From Callorhinchus milii (Eukaryota): 64,000 nt of DNA. The DNA lies in contig NW_024704742.1 of the NCBI RefSeq assembly GCF_018977255.1, positions 124,126,001 through 124,190,000 of the forward strand, written 5' to 3'. Shown here in pieces: positions 39,503 through 53,404 of the stretch. Positions within the stretch are counted from its first letter, which is position 1; every line of letters begins with the position of its first letter. A model generated the notes under the pieces. The model was given only the letters and a program-made list of their open reading frames with translations, was not told the DNA's origin and made no database searches. The position numbers were made by a program, and so were the translations under genes.

Positions 39503-41552
39503 ACATAACATATAGGAGCAGGAGTAGGCCATTCGGCCCTTCGAGCCTGCCCCGCCATTCAATCATGGCTGATCTTCTAATCTAACTCCAGCTAATAACC
39601 TGACCCTGCCTTATCCCCATATCCCTTAATCCCTTTTGCAATAAGAAATCTATCTATCTCAGTCTTGAATATGTTCAAGGACTGAGCGTCAACAGCCCTT
39701 TGGGGTAGTGAGTTCCATACATTCACCACCCTTTGAGTGAAGAAGTTCTTCCTCAACTCAGTGCGAAAGGGCTGCCTCTGATTTTAAGGTTGTGACCCCT
39801 GGTTTTAGTTTCTCCAACCAGGGGAAACAATCTCCCACTATCTACTCTATCATGCCCTTTGATGATCTTATAGGTTTCTATAAGATCCCCTCTAATTCTT
39901 CTATATTCTAGAGAATATAGGCCCAAATTGGTCAGCCTATCCTCGTAACTCATCCCCTTCATCCCTGGCACTAACCTAGTAAATCTACGCTGCACCCTCT
40001 CCAAGGCAAGTACATCCTTCCTTAAATAAGGAGACCAAAACTGGACACAGTATTCCAGGTGTGGTCTCACCAGGGCCCTACACAGTTGCAGCAAGACTTC
40101 CCTACTCTTATACTCTAATCCTTTCATAATGAATGCTAACATACCGTTCGCCTTCCTAATTGCTGCTGCACCTGCAGACTAACTTTCTGTGATTGGTGTA
40201 CAAGGACACCCAAGTCCCTCTGGACGCTAACACATTCCAATCTCTCCCCTTCTAAAAAATAACCCGCTCTACTGTTTTTGCTACCTAGGTGGATGACTTC
40301 GCACTTCCCTACATTATACTTCATCTGCCACCTACCTGCCCAATCACCTAACCTATCTATGTCTCGCTGCATTTTTTTAATGTCATCCTCTGTGTTGACA
40401 CTTCCTCCTAGTTTTGTGTCATCCGCGAATTTAGATATATTAACTTTGATGTCCTCATCTAGATCGTTGGTAGATGGTAAATATCTGAGGTCCAAGGACT
40501 GATCCTTGTGGCACTCCACTAGTCACATCCCGCCAATCTGAAAAGGACCCATTTATCCCTACTCTTTGTTTCCTACCCATTAACCATTCCTCAATCCACG
40601 TTAATATGCTCCCCCCAATTCCATGGGCCCTTATTTTTTGGACTAATCTTTTATGCGGCACCTTATCGAATGCCTTCTGGAAGTCCAAATAGACCACATC
40701 CACTGATTCACCCTTATCTAGTTTACTGGAAATGTCCTCAAAAATCTCTATGAGATTTGTCAAACATGACTTCCCTTTTGTAAAGCCATGTTGACTTGGC
40801 CTAATTATATTGTGCTCCTCCAAATACTGCACTACCACATCCTTAATCAACGATTCTAAAATGTTTCCTATCACTGATGTGAGAATCACTGACCTGTAGT
40901 TCCCCATCTTTTCCTTTCCACCTTTTTTAAATAATGGTGTGACATTTGCAATCTTCCAATCCATGGGGACTGTTCCAGAATCCAAGGAATTTTGGAAGAT
41001 CAGACATAAGGCCTCCACTATCTCATAAGCTACCTCTTTTAAAACCCTGGAATGCAAGCCATCCGGACCAGGGGATTTTTCACCTTTTAGTGCTAACAGT
41101 TTCCCTAGCACCAATTCTCTACTCATGAAAATTTCCCTAAGTTGCTCCCTGTCCTTATCCCTTTGGTGCATCTCTATTGTTGGCAGACTTGTTGTGTCTT
41201 CTAATGTGAAGACAGATGCAAAGTACCCATTTAGGGACTCTGCCATGTCCTTGTCCCCCATTACAACTTCTCCCGTCGCTGACTGTAGTGGACCTACATT
41301 TACTCTCACTAGGCTATTCCTCTTAATATATTTGTAAAATCTTTTACAATCAGACTTAATGTTCCTAGCCTCATACTCCTTTTTCTTGCTCTTAATGAGT
41401 TTTTTAGTTTTATTTTGCTGGTTCCTAAAACTCTCCCAATCTTCAGATTTGCTGCTTTTCTTGGCAGTTTTATAAGCCTTTTCTTTTAATTTGACTCTTT
41501 CCCTAACTGCTCTAGTTAACTGCGGATGACCTCCCCGTCCTAACTCAATCAC
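39503..41552 (-). mobile_element. CR1 LINE, ~2-kb 5'-truncated copy with a frameshifted RT
   Basis: Three consecutive ORF pieces (41552-40455, 40519-40136, 40142-39753) carry KSPGPDG, QHGF..GKSC, YLDFQKAFDKVPH, VPQGSVLGP, FADDTKL and RPHLEYC; CR1 3' UTR follows. Confidence 0.95.
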
Positions 41553-42544
41553 CTACGTTTCCTTTACTCATACTACAGCAAGGCTCTAGCCTTTTTTTTG
41601 GAGGGCAAGTAAACAAATGTTTGGGTGTCTCCTCCTTTATCTAGCAATACATTTCAAGCACAAAGTTGGGGGATACTCAATAATTTTAAACCAGTTCCTT
41701 ATTTTCTGTAATGAAACAGCAAAGAATATTTCTTGTTGGCAATAAACTCCAGCACCAGTTGGCAGGACGGTCCAGCCAAGAAATTTAAGAAATAACCTTC
41801 CACTTTTGGTAAAGGGACTAATAAGCCACAAAATATTCAGAAACAGAAGATAAAAATATGCAGAGGCTTGGGAGGAAAAACAAGTTGCCAATTTATTTTT
41901 CCACGATAAAGCATCTTCCTGTTCCTCGAAATGTTCATTACTTTAAGCCTGGTCTACAAGAGGTTGTGCTAGTAAACACAGAAAGATTTTAATTAACACT
42001 CTACTGACATGGTTAACATTATGATCTAGTGACCCCCGCTCCTCCATCCCTCCATCCCCACGAAGATCATTCGACTAAATACCAGAGTAAATTCTCAGTA
42101 GTTTCCTCATGGACCCATGGGTGAAAATGAATTATCAGTCACTTTCACTTAAATGCACAGATTGCATCTCACACAGTGATCTGAATTGCAAAAAAATTTT
42201 TTTCTCTTGAAACCCCAAGAGCATTTGTTTATTCTAAAATGTTAAAATGCTCACATCAAGATGAAAACATTCTAATAATTGGCCTGAGATGATGATCTCA
42301 GTTTTCTCAGGAAAGTTATATATTTAATTATCACAGTTTGGATTCTGTTCTTGTGTTTTATCGGGAAGGAGTGGGGGTTAAAAACAAATGTAAAAATCCC
42401 TGCCACTCACTGCCCACAAAGTCTCATTCTTAAACAGACAGAATATGTATTTGACATCAGGGGAGGAGCGGGGTAGGCCATTGCAGACTATGTAGCCAGT
42501 CCCAAAGCTTAAAGAAAACATAAAAACACAGTAAAAAATAGAAG

Positions 42545-43662
42545 CCTATGGTATAAAAGGGACAGTGGCAGCATGGATCCAGAACTGGCTGGGAGACAGA
42601 AAGCAGAGAGGTGTGGTGAATGGCTGCTTTTCTGACTGGAGGGAAGTGTACAGTGGCATCCCCCAGGGATCGATATTAGGACCACTGCTCTTCTTAATAT
42701 ACATAAATGATCTGGACTTGGGTATAGCAAGTAGCATTTCCAAGTTTGCTGACGACACAAAGTTAGGTAGGGTGGTAAACAGTGAGAAGGATAGTAGCCA
42801 ACTGCAGGAAGACATAGACAGAATGGTAAAATGGGCAGACACATGGCAGATGAGTTTCAGTGTGGAGAAATGTGAGGTACCGCATTTTGGAAGAAAGAAT
42901 GAGGGGCAGCAATATAGGCTGGTAATACAATCTTAAGTGGGGGGTGAAGAGCAGAAAGACCTGGGGTTTCAGGTAAATGAATCCTTGAAGGTGGCAGGAT
43001 AGGTAGATAAAGCTGTAAAAAGGGCATATGGGATACTAGGCTTTATAAATAGGGGCCGAGAGTACAAGAGTCAGGAGGTTATGATTAACCTGTATAAAAC
43101 ACTGGTTAGGCCTCAGTTAGAATACTGCGCCCAGTTCTGGGCACCACACTATAGGAAGGATGTTAAGGCATTGGAAAGGGTGCAGAGGAGATTTACGAGG
43201 ATGGTACCAGGAATGAGGACCTTGATTATGAGGAAAGGCTACAGAGGTTAGGATTATCCTCATTGGAGCAGAGAAGGTTACGAGGAGACCTAATAGAGGT
43301 CTTCAAAATCATGAGGGGATTTGATAGGTTAAAAAGGGAAAAACTGTTTCCACTGGTGGGTGTGTCGGTGACTTGAGGTCACAGATTTAAAAAAGTTTCT
43401 AAAAGCAGAGGGGAGGCGAGAAGAAATTTTTTCACACAGCGAATTGTTCGAATCTGGAATGCATTGCCTGAAAGGGTGGTGGAGGCCGATTCGGTAACAA
43501 CTTTTAAAAACGCGGTGGATGGGTATTTGAGGAGCACGGGTTTGCAGGGTTATGGGGAAAGGGCTGGGGAGTTGGATTGACATTACATTGCTCTTTTCAA
43601 AGAGCCGGCATAGACTCGATGGGCCGAATGGCCTCTTTTTGTGCTGTACGATTCTTTGATTA
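42545..43662 (+). mobile_element. CR1 LINE, second subfamily, 5'-truncated
   Basis: WIQNWL..RKQR...GIPQGSILGPLLFLIYINDLD...FADDTKL, with a 3' end gatgggccgaatggcctcttttgtgctgtacgattctttgat. Confidence 0.93.
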
Positions 43663-44627
43663 TACGAAGGGCAATAGCACAAAAATGACCTGCAGGAATT
43701 TTCTCTTTATGTATATTGTCCACTTTTCCTGCTGAGCCAGAAATATTCCTCCTATCCTTTGCCTCTCTCCATTTAAAATGACTGATCGGTTTCCATTTAC
43801 TATGCTGAGTGCAGCAATTACTGCACGGTAACTACTGTACCAAGATGAAAAGGAAAGCTTTTAGAACAATCATGCTGCTCTTGCTTTCACATTTTACTGT
43901 ACTGGAACATTCTATTCTCATCTCGTTGTTGTTTACAATGCACAACTAGATTTGTATACCTAACATTGACAATAATAAAAATAGTTTTTCCTCATGGGAG
44001 CCATAACAATATTATGATCATTTGCAGTTTCCTTTTTATATAACTAGAATATAGTTTCTGCAAGCAGGCCATGTTCCCTAGGATATGGACAATGAACTTT
44101 TCAGAATTAGAACAACAACTGATATATGGATTTATATAGCGCCCTCCATGCCGGACGGCGTCTTAGCTTTTAGTGCATACATGACCTATGATTAGCAATT
44201 GAACCAATGAGCTGGACATCATCTATCAGATCAAATAGTCCCTGAAGGTAATCAATCATACAACAGAAGTTGGTAAATATTTCAAACAGAACTGAGATTT
44301 AATAGTAATTAGATTTATAGTAATTAACTTTACCAGATTAACTGAAGTTATAAAATAAAAATGATAGATTAAAACAATATTGAAAGTAAATGAAGAATTC
44401 AAATCCTTGCTTTTATGTTCTTAGTCCTTTTCAGTCATAATAAAGTTTAAAAGCAGTGCTTTTAAATGTGGATATACAATTTCGGAAGGCAAATCAGTTT
44501 TACACAGGTCAGGCTTGTAGAGCTACTCGATAGAGTTGCTTTTGCAGTGTCTTCACAAAGAGTAACTTGGGAAATATGAAAATATTGGCCTTTATCAGAT
44601 GGACAAGGTGGGGGAAAAATTTAAATA

Positions 44628-46980
44628 TCTTGGAACCGGATGCCTGATGTATATGGAAACTAGTCACCATGCTTAAGAGCATCAGAACCAAACAGATTTC
44701 CAAGTGTCCTATGCATACATGAAAATTCCAGAGATATTTATTGGAATAGAGCTCTATCCCTGGAGGGACACATCCTGCTTACGCAACTCCAGAAAGTATT
44801 ACACGCGGGATGGCAAGAGCCAAGGGTTGGGGACCCCAGAGTGTGCATGCTGGGGTCTAACCAGCTAAAACTACATAAACTTGCCACTGAGAGCACTGCC
44901 TGGCAAGCTTTCCCAATGCTTTGGCTTGCAGGGTAAACAGGAGCCGAGTGGGAAGAGTTCCTGTTTCCAGGGACTGTTCTGTCCTTCCAAATCCCGCCAA
45001 TGAGCCAGCATGGCTGTACTGTCATAGCAGTGCCCTGGAATACTGTAGACCCATCAGCAACTGGACTACCAAGACTGCCACAGAACCCTGGCTCAATTCT
45101 GACATCCCGCTTTTAAATATGTCACCTTGGAGCAAGTTCAGCTCTAAGGAAACCCCACTTACCTCTCCCAAGGAGGATAGGCACTTTGTCTATCATTCAG
45201 TAGTTGGCAGGTACCAGAAATTCCCTGCGAGCTACCTGAGGGGCAATACAGCTTAGCATGAAATGCATGATAGTATTGCCATCATCTTCCTACCTGTAGC
45301 TCAAACACACATCCCTTTCCATTGAGCGATCGTTCCTCCAGTTGGAGGTGCAACAACAACAACGAGATTACATTTGTATGGCGCCTTTCACGTCGGGAGG
45401 ACGTCTCAAGGCGCTGGGCAGAGTACAGCATTTCAGACTTGAGCTGGGGTCGGGGGGGGGGGGTCGGGGGTGGCCGATGGCATGGTTGAAGAGGAGGGTC
45501 TTGAAACAGGACTTGAAGGAGGATAAGGAGAGGGCAAGGCGGAGTGACTGGTGGAATGGAGTTTCAGAGGTTGGGGGCAGAGTGGCTGAAGGCTCTCCCG
45601 CCAATGGTGGGGCGGGGGACGTGGAGCAGGCCAGAGCTGGCTGAGCGGAGCTTTGGCAGCAGCTGCTTACCTCTGCAACAACAACAACAACAAGATTCCA
45701 TTTATAAAGCGCCTTTCACGTCAGGAGGACGTCCCAAGGCGCTGCACAGTTGGGTCATGACCCGAGCAGGGGGGAAATGGTCAGGGTGAGGGGAGGGAAG
45801 GGAGGGAGCGAGGAGGGGGGAAATGGTCAGGGTGAGGGGAGGGAAGGGAGGGAGCGAGGAGGGGGAAGAGAGTCGAGAGGGGAGCTGAAGGCACGGTCAA
45901 AGAGAAAGGTCTTGAGACCGGCCTTGAAGGAGGAAAGGGAGGAAGCAAGGCGAAGGCACTGGGGGATGGAGTTCCAGAGCCTGGGGGCTGAGAGGCTGTT
46001 GCAAACCAATCAAGGTGGATTCCAAGTGCTGGATATATAAACGCAAATTCACAAGCTCAGATTTCAGGTAACGCCTTCCAGCAGCTATCATCCCAAGCCT
46101 CAGAGTTTCCTCATCAGCTATCTGACCAGACATTCTGCCTCCAGCATAGCGAGAGGACCTTTACAGGACAACTTGCAACATGCCAGTTACCTTGATGTTC
46201 GAGGTCCAAGTCTAATGCTGATAGCAGTATTACTCAGCACCAGCTGCTTAATTCAGGTCCTCATGTGTGGGGCCTTGGTAAATAGACATGCCCGCTCTGA
46301 AGCCAACTCTACCTCAGTGGCAGGTCACTGTGTTTGCCACAAATCAACCTCATTGCTTGATCGTGGACTTTACAAATGGTACTGGAGGAAGTCCCTCTAC
46401 TGCATCCCTAGGATTTCAGATCCACAAGGAGGACTGTTTGCATACAGGTCTTAGTTATATGACGCAAACTTGACTTCCACTGGAACCCTGCTTTTCTTGA
46501 AGAGAGATGAGCACAAATAGAATGCCCCTCCCCCATTCTCTATGCAGTCCTTCAGGACTGTGTCCATGTTGAAATTGGTGTCCACCACAATCTCAGGTAC
46601 AGATAAGAATCAACAATTGGGACTGACAGCCCTTGTATCTTCCAATCAAAACCCTTGATGTCTTCTCTTGAGCCGTGCAAAATGACAATTCTGCACTTGG
46701 GGGCACCCACCAACATATCCCACTGGGTGGACCAGTGCTCATGATGGCGGGTACAGTGCAAAAGGTCCCCAGACGATTCCACCAGCAGCACAACATCTAT
46801 CGTCAGTAGACAGAAGCACCGTAATCCTGTTAGAAAGGCCTGGAACAGATACAATAAGTCCGCCCCTCAATGCTGTCCAACACATCATTGATGAATACGT
46901 TGAACAGGATAAGTGACAATAGGCAGACCTGCCTACACCCCCAACTTTCAAGAGGGATGGGCTCACTGTCGACCCTTACA
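44628..46980 (-). mobile_element. Degraded non-LTR retrotransposon (RTE/RTEX-like), from RT to 3' end, interrupted by two L2 tails
   Basis: Frameshifted minus-strand translation gives G(V)RQVCLLSLILFNVFINDVLD, VPGLSNRITVLLSTDD(VVLL)VESSGDL, WDMLVGAPKCRIV and VPIVDSYLYL. A Zn-knuckle-like NTIMHFMLSC....ARREFL lies near 45280-45220, followed by the ~600-bp terminal repeat. Confidence 0.75.
45350..46000 (-). mobile_element. Two tandem L2 3' ends (about 45350-45660 and 45676-46000) nested in the RTE-like LINE
   Basis: Each has FK..LKT.LF, the gacgtcctcc.gacgtgaaaggcgc tail and (TTG)n; the second contains a ~47-bp purine-rich tandem duplication. Confidence 0.88.
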
Positions 46981-49900
46981 TGATCTTAGAGGTAAAGATT
47001 ATGCAGTGTACTTTATGTGCAGTCAGTGTATTAAAAGGCATTTTGTAAGGGAACTTTACAAGATCCTAAGCCACATTTACCATACATGCACCAACCAAAA
47101 AATCTGGAATCTGATATTCCAGCATAAAGAACACAAGATAAACATTGCTTGCATTATCTGAATTTTCCTCATCAGAGACACATTGACAAATAGCTGTTGA
47201 GTTACTATAATACAACTATTGCATATATTCCATACTACAGGTTTACTTAAATTATAATCAAATCTGCCTCAACTGTAAATCCTACATACAGGAACAGGAG
47301 TATGCACTTCATCCAAACATGCTTGTTCCATTCTTTTATTAGTTCATGAGAATTCTAACTTTAATAATAAAATGCTTACATTTTATAGCACCTACACATA
47401 AAAATGCCTCAAAGCACTTCACAGGGAATTATTGTCAAATACAGTAACTATGTATCTCCATGCAAATATGGCAGCCAATTTGTGCAAAGCAAGGTCCCAA
47501 AAACAGTCATACAGTGAATGCCCAATTTTATTTGGGAGTTGATGGCCAGGACACGAGATAAGGCAATATATCAAATGCAACGATTATAATTTATTATTTA
47601 AGGACTGTCAAACTTGGGTATGGAACTAAAACACAAACAGTTAAACTGAGCCACAGTGCCATCTGCAATTATCCCTCTTGAAAGTACTTTACCATCAATG
47701 AGCCTAAATGGGGCTCAACCCCCACATCCAACTTTTCTCCAGTTTGGGCTAGGAATGTTGCGGCTAGAGAGGGGCGTGTAATGGGACGTGAAGTCAATGG
47801 AGTTTACCAGTCGATGAGTTGAGTGAGCGGGAGTTGGATCCAGTGCTGGGACACATGCACACACAATGCACATAAAAAGACACATCACACACTCTGCAGT
47901 CTTCAACAAAGTGCAGTCAGGATGTAAAAGGAGAATGCAGCTCAGCATAACCCAAGCACTCATTATCGCTGAAAAAGCAGCAAATCTACTAACACTATAT
48001 GTACTGTACTAACTGTATGTAAAACACAAACAAAATCATTCATGAAGCACAGCTACTTTCATTAAAAAATAATGTACAAAAAATCACTTCACTAAAGTTA
48101 GCCTGAAATATTTAATGCGTAAAGTGAACTATAATCTTAAGGAAAAATGTCTTTCACACACCTACATGATCACACATGGAATGCAAGTATTGCAATCTTT
48201 CCTCCATTCTTAAAAGCATAAATGATAAGTGCAGAGCTTTTTGCTCATGCTGACCACTGGAAAGGAACATAACATTAAACACTTACACATCTTTCTTTTA
48301 AATTTGAGAACTTTTCCTCCTATAGTTTTGAGAACTTTTTTTAAAATCTTTAATTCCAGTAGATATCTTCAAAGGAGAAGCCATTTGAAAGGATTCAACT
48401 AATGTCCAATTCATAACACAGATTCTCTTCTGCACTCAGTAGCTCTCTAATACCCTTAGTCCCTCGTGCTATGGAGTTCATTGCAATTATACTGCAGAGC
48501 GATTCTACAGCATTAGCACAACAAACATTGTTTAAAGTTTGTAATTTTAATTTTTAGAGTTCCTTTAATACCTCTACCTCCAAGAATAAGAGTTTACATT
48601 GTATTTGTTACTGGAAGCTCTGAAAAGTCCTCTTTAAGTGGGGGTTGCTGCCTCAGTTACCAGCCACTAAAGTTGAAGCAACTTCTGCTACAGTGCTAAA
48701 TAAATGCAGTCATGACAAGGTTTTACCAATAATGAGCTCCTTATTAAGTATTTATTCTGTCTTAAAGAACTGTTAAGATTTCAGCAGCGAACTGCCATCA
48801 AATATATTTTAAACGTACAAAGCGGTTCACTTAAGGTTATGCTTGTGAAAACTAGCTGTTGGAAGGGTTTTCAGCAGCAATGTAAACATAGTGCACTCCC
48901 CATTCATGTGATAAACAAGCTAGCACTATACCAAAGTGCATTCTAACAGCCTGGACTGTATCCTTAACTGTAGTGTAATGTATGGAAGTAATGACAAATT
49001 TTAACTTCTCAAGTCTCCCCCTATGCAAAATCAGTTGCCCATGAGTTTTCTTTGTCCAGGAGGTTCAAAATCGAATAGAATGATATTACAAATATAATTT
49101 ACATTTATATGTCAAAAAGTCATCTCAGAGAGCTCAAAACTACTGGCTTGGCACATGAGCTGGAGAAGGGAGCTAAAGGGGTGGGGAGGAGAAAGATGAC
49201 CGAAGGTGTAGTCAAAGAGGTGCGTCTTGAGATAGACCCTGAATGAAGGAAGGGAGGGAGTGAGCTGGAGGGACTGCGGGATGGAATACCAAGAGCGGGG
49301 CACAAAGGCTGAAAGCACTGGTGGGGCTGTTAAGGTGCAGACACAAAGCAGACTAGTGTTTGCTGAGTGAAGAGTGCAGGTCAGGTCAATAGGGTTGAAG
49401 GTAGGATGTGGTGAGACCAGGGAGGGATTTGAAAGTGAGAAGCTACTCTTGAATTTAAAGGAGCTAAGAAAGGATAGGGCTCGTGGATTCTGCCTCAGGA
49501 GAGGAGATTGGCTGGAGAGTTTGCAATTTTATTTCAGGTTTCACAGATAGATGTTCTGTTAAAAAAAACTCTTTTAATGCCTACTGGGCAGTCTATATTT
49601 TTTCAATGCTTTTCCAATTTAATCAAATTACCATAATATTCCTGAATATATAGACCTGAAGTAAGAGAGCCAGTTTCCCCACACATAATTAGACAGAGAA
49701 TATACAACAAAAAGCAATGAATTACATTTAAATAATACTTGCATTTGATATAGTGCCTAATCAATTCTTTGAGACATCTCAAAGAGCTTCACAAGATATT
49801 TTGTAAAGTGGATTGAATGTGTAATTTGTGGGTGAAACGCAAATTAATATCGCATGGGTAGTCTGATCTGAGAATTAGCAAATTATTTTAGAGCTAAGGC

Positions 49901-52525
49901 AAGATATAAATCATTTCCCAAAATTCCTTTTCTGATTCTGTAATTAAAGCTAAGTTTAATTACTTTGAGAACTAAACTAGTGCACAGATTGAGAGTGAAT
50001 TTAGTATGTCACTGTGAAATTGCCCCTTCACATCACCATCTGTTCTCAATTGTGATCTCATTCAGTACTTCTATTTCATGAAAGAGTCATCCCATGTCCT
50101 ATAAAAACTGAAGCCCCCCCCCCCCTTCCCCCGACAATAGGCTGTTTTTTGTTTGCCAAGTAAATGTGTAAATATGTTCTAGCCAAGAAACTACAGTATT
50201 TTGATTATTGAAAGACAAGTTTCAACCGATTTAACCCTGTTAAATACAGAAACACCTTAATATAAGGCCTTTAGGTTCAACTAACAAAACGGCACTCAAA
50301 GGTTTTGTTAATTTTCCCCATACAGGGTCTCATCTGCATAGTGTTGATTAAAATGAAAGAAAACATACTCATCTAAATACTGTATATGTGGGATAATTGG
50401 AGCCTCATCATGCTAAACATTCAACAACATATAGAACCGCAGGTCAATTATCTTAACTGGAAAGAACACAATGTGAGCATTTAGAAGATATTACATCAGC
50501 AATCTGACTCAGCAGCTTGCTTTCACAGCATCAGCTGATTTCAGCTGTGGCTCTCACACTCAATTGTGTAAGGCAAACTCAAAGTGTGCCATACAAAATG
50601 CACACATTGCTGATATTAGACATATTAGACTTTTTGCAATTGAGGTTAAGATTTGCAGGTAATGGGGAGCCGAATACTTCTCCACCTAAGAGTACGCAGT
50701 GTCAATATTATACGTCTAAATTCTAGTACAATGCAGACCAATGCAGGTTTCACATTTCCCCTACATTCTGCCCTTATAGCAAGCCTTAACCATAATTTCA
50801 AGAAAAGTATTGCCTACTATACAATTATGACTTTTTCCCCCCCATTTCCCACACCATTCATCCTTAGTACCACTGAAATTGTTTTGCCGTTGAACCGCAT
50901 TGGGTTGGCAGTCCAAACAACTAGTTTCACTTAACCCTCAGAGACAGAAAGTAATGAACTGCGTAATGTAGGAAAGTGAATGAAACTCCTGAAATTATCA
51001 TGCAAACAGGTAAATGCAGTGTTACAAATTACTGCACTGTAGCATAATTTGATCTCAGCGTTCAAACCATAAAAATATTTGTATTTAATATAGCTTCTTT
51101 GTTGAAACATCTCATCGAACCACTTACAACTCCCACTATTCCCTGTCTGAGACCTTCCAATCCTCCTTATAGTACTGAGACCATGCCAATTAAAGTCACC
51201 ATTTATTATCTGTCTGTGTTCAGAGTGTGCTGTCCCTCCTCAACATCTCTGCAACCTTGGGTCATCATTCCATAATCTTTTGTCATCTCTCTTCTTTGGC
51301 ACTGTTCTCTTACTGTTCTCAAGGTCTTCACTACACTACATTTCTTCCAACAGGTTTCCATCTGGTACTCACAGATCTTCTCCACCTGCTTCCTCCTAGT
51401 AACATCATCCACAACCATGGAGTCAATTTCAAAATGTTTGCAGATGCAATGTGTGCCTTAGTTACCTCATATTTGTTAGGCATTTCACAATGTTTTCACC
51501 CTATGTAGAACAAGTGCAGTATTGGCTCTTCAAATTATTTTGAAGTAGTGACTTATGTAATTAAATACAAGTTAATCTGCACTAACAACATCCTACAAAC
51601 AGCAGATATCATCTTGAATTATAAAATCAACTTCTAAAACAAAGGGAAAGTGCTAACAGTAGCATCACATGATTTTTTAAAAAAAAATCTATCTGGTTAA
51701 GTGAAATTAGCATCCATTGGAGTTAACAAAGAGTTAACTGCAACTGACCATGTGAGATGAACCAGATTTAAACCCAGATCAATGACATGAAAGCATACTC
51801 TAGGAAGTAATTACTACAAACAGTCCAACAATCACTTGCTTCCACAACAAATCAGACATCCAAAATCAACTTTGTGGAAGCTCTATTTTATGTGCATCAT
51901 AAGTATTAAAATAATTAAAGATAACCACATCAGTGTTTCACAATAATGATTACTGGAAATTTCACAACTAAGCTTCCTCTTAGATTCAAGTCAGTTTAGT
52001 TTCTCCTCCCCCATCCCCAAATTCAATGCAACCTGCTGACATCTAAATTTTATCTTTCATTTGTTACACTTTTTGGGCCGATTCTCAACTTCTGCCAAAA
52101 TACAATACAATTTACATGATGGAAAGAAATCTCAACACACTTTATCCTGCTACATCATACATTACTCGAGAGATACGTTACTGGCATGAAAGACCAGTTG
52201 ACAGCTTCTACAAAACTCATTCCAATCATCATAATCCATTCATAACGTATACAGCAAAAAACGAGAGAAGGCCATTGCCCAACAACCTACTTAATAATAA
52301 TTCTTGCATTTAATATAGCATTTTTGCATTTTTCACATCTTCGAGACATCTCAAAGCGCTTCACAGAATATATTGTAAAGTTAATTGACTGTATATTTGT
52401 GGGAGAAAATATCCTGGCGATGGATCATATTAAAGAAATGTCATCTCATCTCTAGACCAACTTGATGCATTTTACATTAAAAAAACCCTATAATTCCGCT
52501 CTCATTTTTCAAGTTAAATTGCTTG

Positions 52526-52593
52526 CTTGCATCAAACACATCTATGCCTCTAATCACTTTAATGACCAGAGGCATAGTTGTTTTAGATGCAAG
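52526..52593 (-). other. 68-nt intronic hairpin (pre-miRNA-like, or a MITE remnant)
   Basis: 31-bp stem with 28 of 31 positions paired on the minus strand (2 G-U), no bulges, and a 6-nt loop. Confidence 0.6.
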
Positions 52594-53404
52594 TCATGTC
52601 CCCCTTCAAACTTTAAATGATAACTTTTTCAGCTCTACAAACTGCAACACATAACCATGATAAATGTAATGTTGTTTCTTGACATATAGGAAGAGTGCAC
52701 ACAATGAGTTAATTAACACTTTAAAAAATGCAAATCTTACACCTTGAAACGTTTTTTGTATGAATATTCAAAAATATTTTAATAGTACTACACCATGACA
52801 AGATGATTTTGGTTAAGAAGCCAACACATTTTTAAATAATTTGCAATATAGTTTATAATTTCAACTGCAACACGAGATGCAATGGGGAGGGGGGGAAAAG
52901 GTACTATTGAATTGTAAAGCTTTTTAATGCCTAAACTGTACATCCCATATTAATAGGAATGTTGCCACTTCAAAAAATTGATTCTTAGTGGTTTAGTGAT
53001 GACCACAATAAAATTTTATTTTATTGACAAAAGTTATTAGGAAATGCTTTTTGAAAAACGGTAACTAGTGTGCGGAACAAACTATCAGCGCAGGTGATGG
53101 AACAAGGAACTGCAATATAAAAAGACTTAGAAAAAACTGGACAAGTTCCTAATTAAAATAATTTACTGGATCTTAAGATTAATTTTGATGAAGAAAGCCC
53201 TTCGACCCATTTGATCTTATTCTTCCAGAATATGACTCAAACGCCCTGGCCTCAAACCTTCCTGATCACCTGTTTCATTTATTAATTACCCTGTTCTGAA
53301 ATTGCCTTTTGCAACTCGAAAATAACATCCTCTTGTCCTCACTACCTTTTGTGCATCTAAAAGTATAAAACATCAGCTGATTTTTAAAATCCTTTTTAAA
53401 ATAT

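Noticed and set aside
40455..41552. 365-aa reverse-transcriptase ORF as a host gene
   Set aside because: It is part of a 5'-truncated, frameshifted CR1 with no endonuclease domain or promoter.
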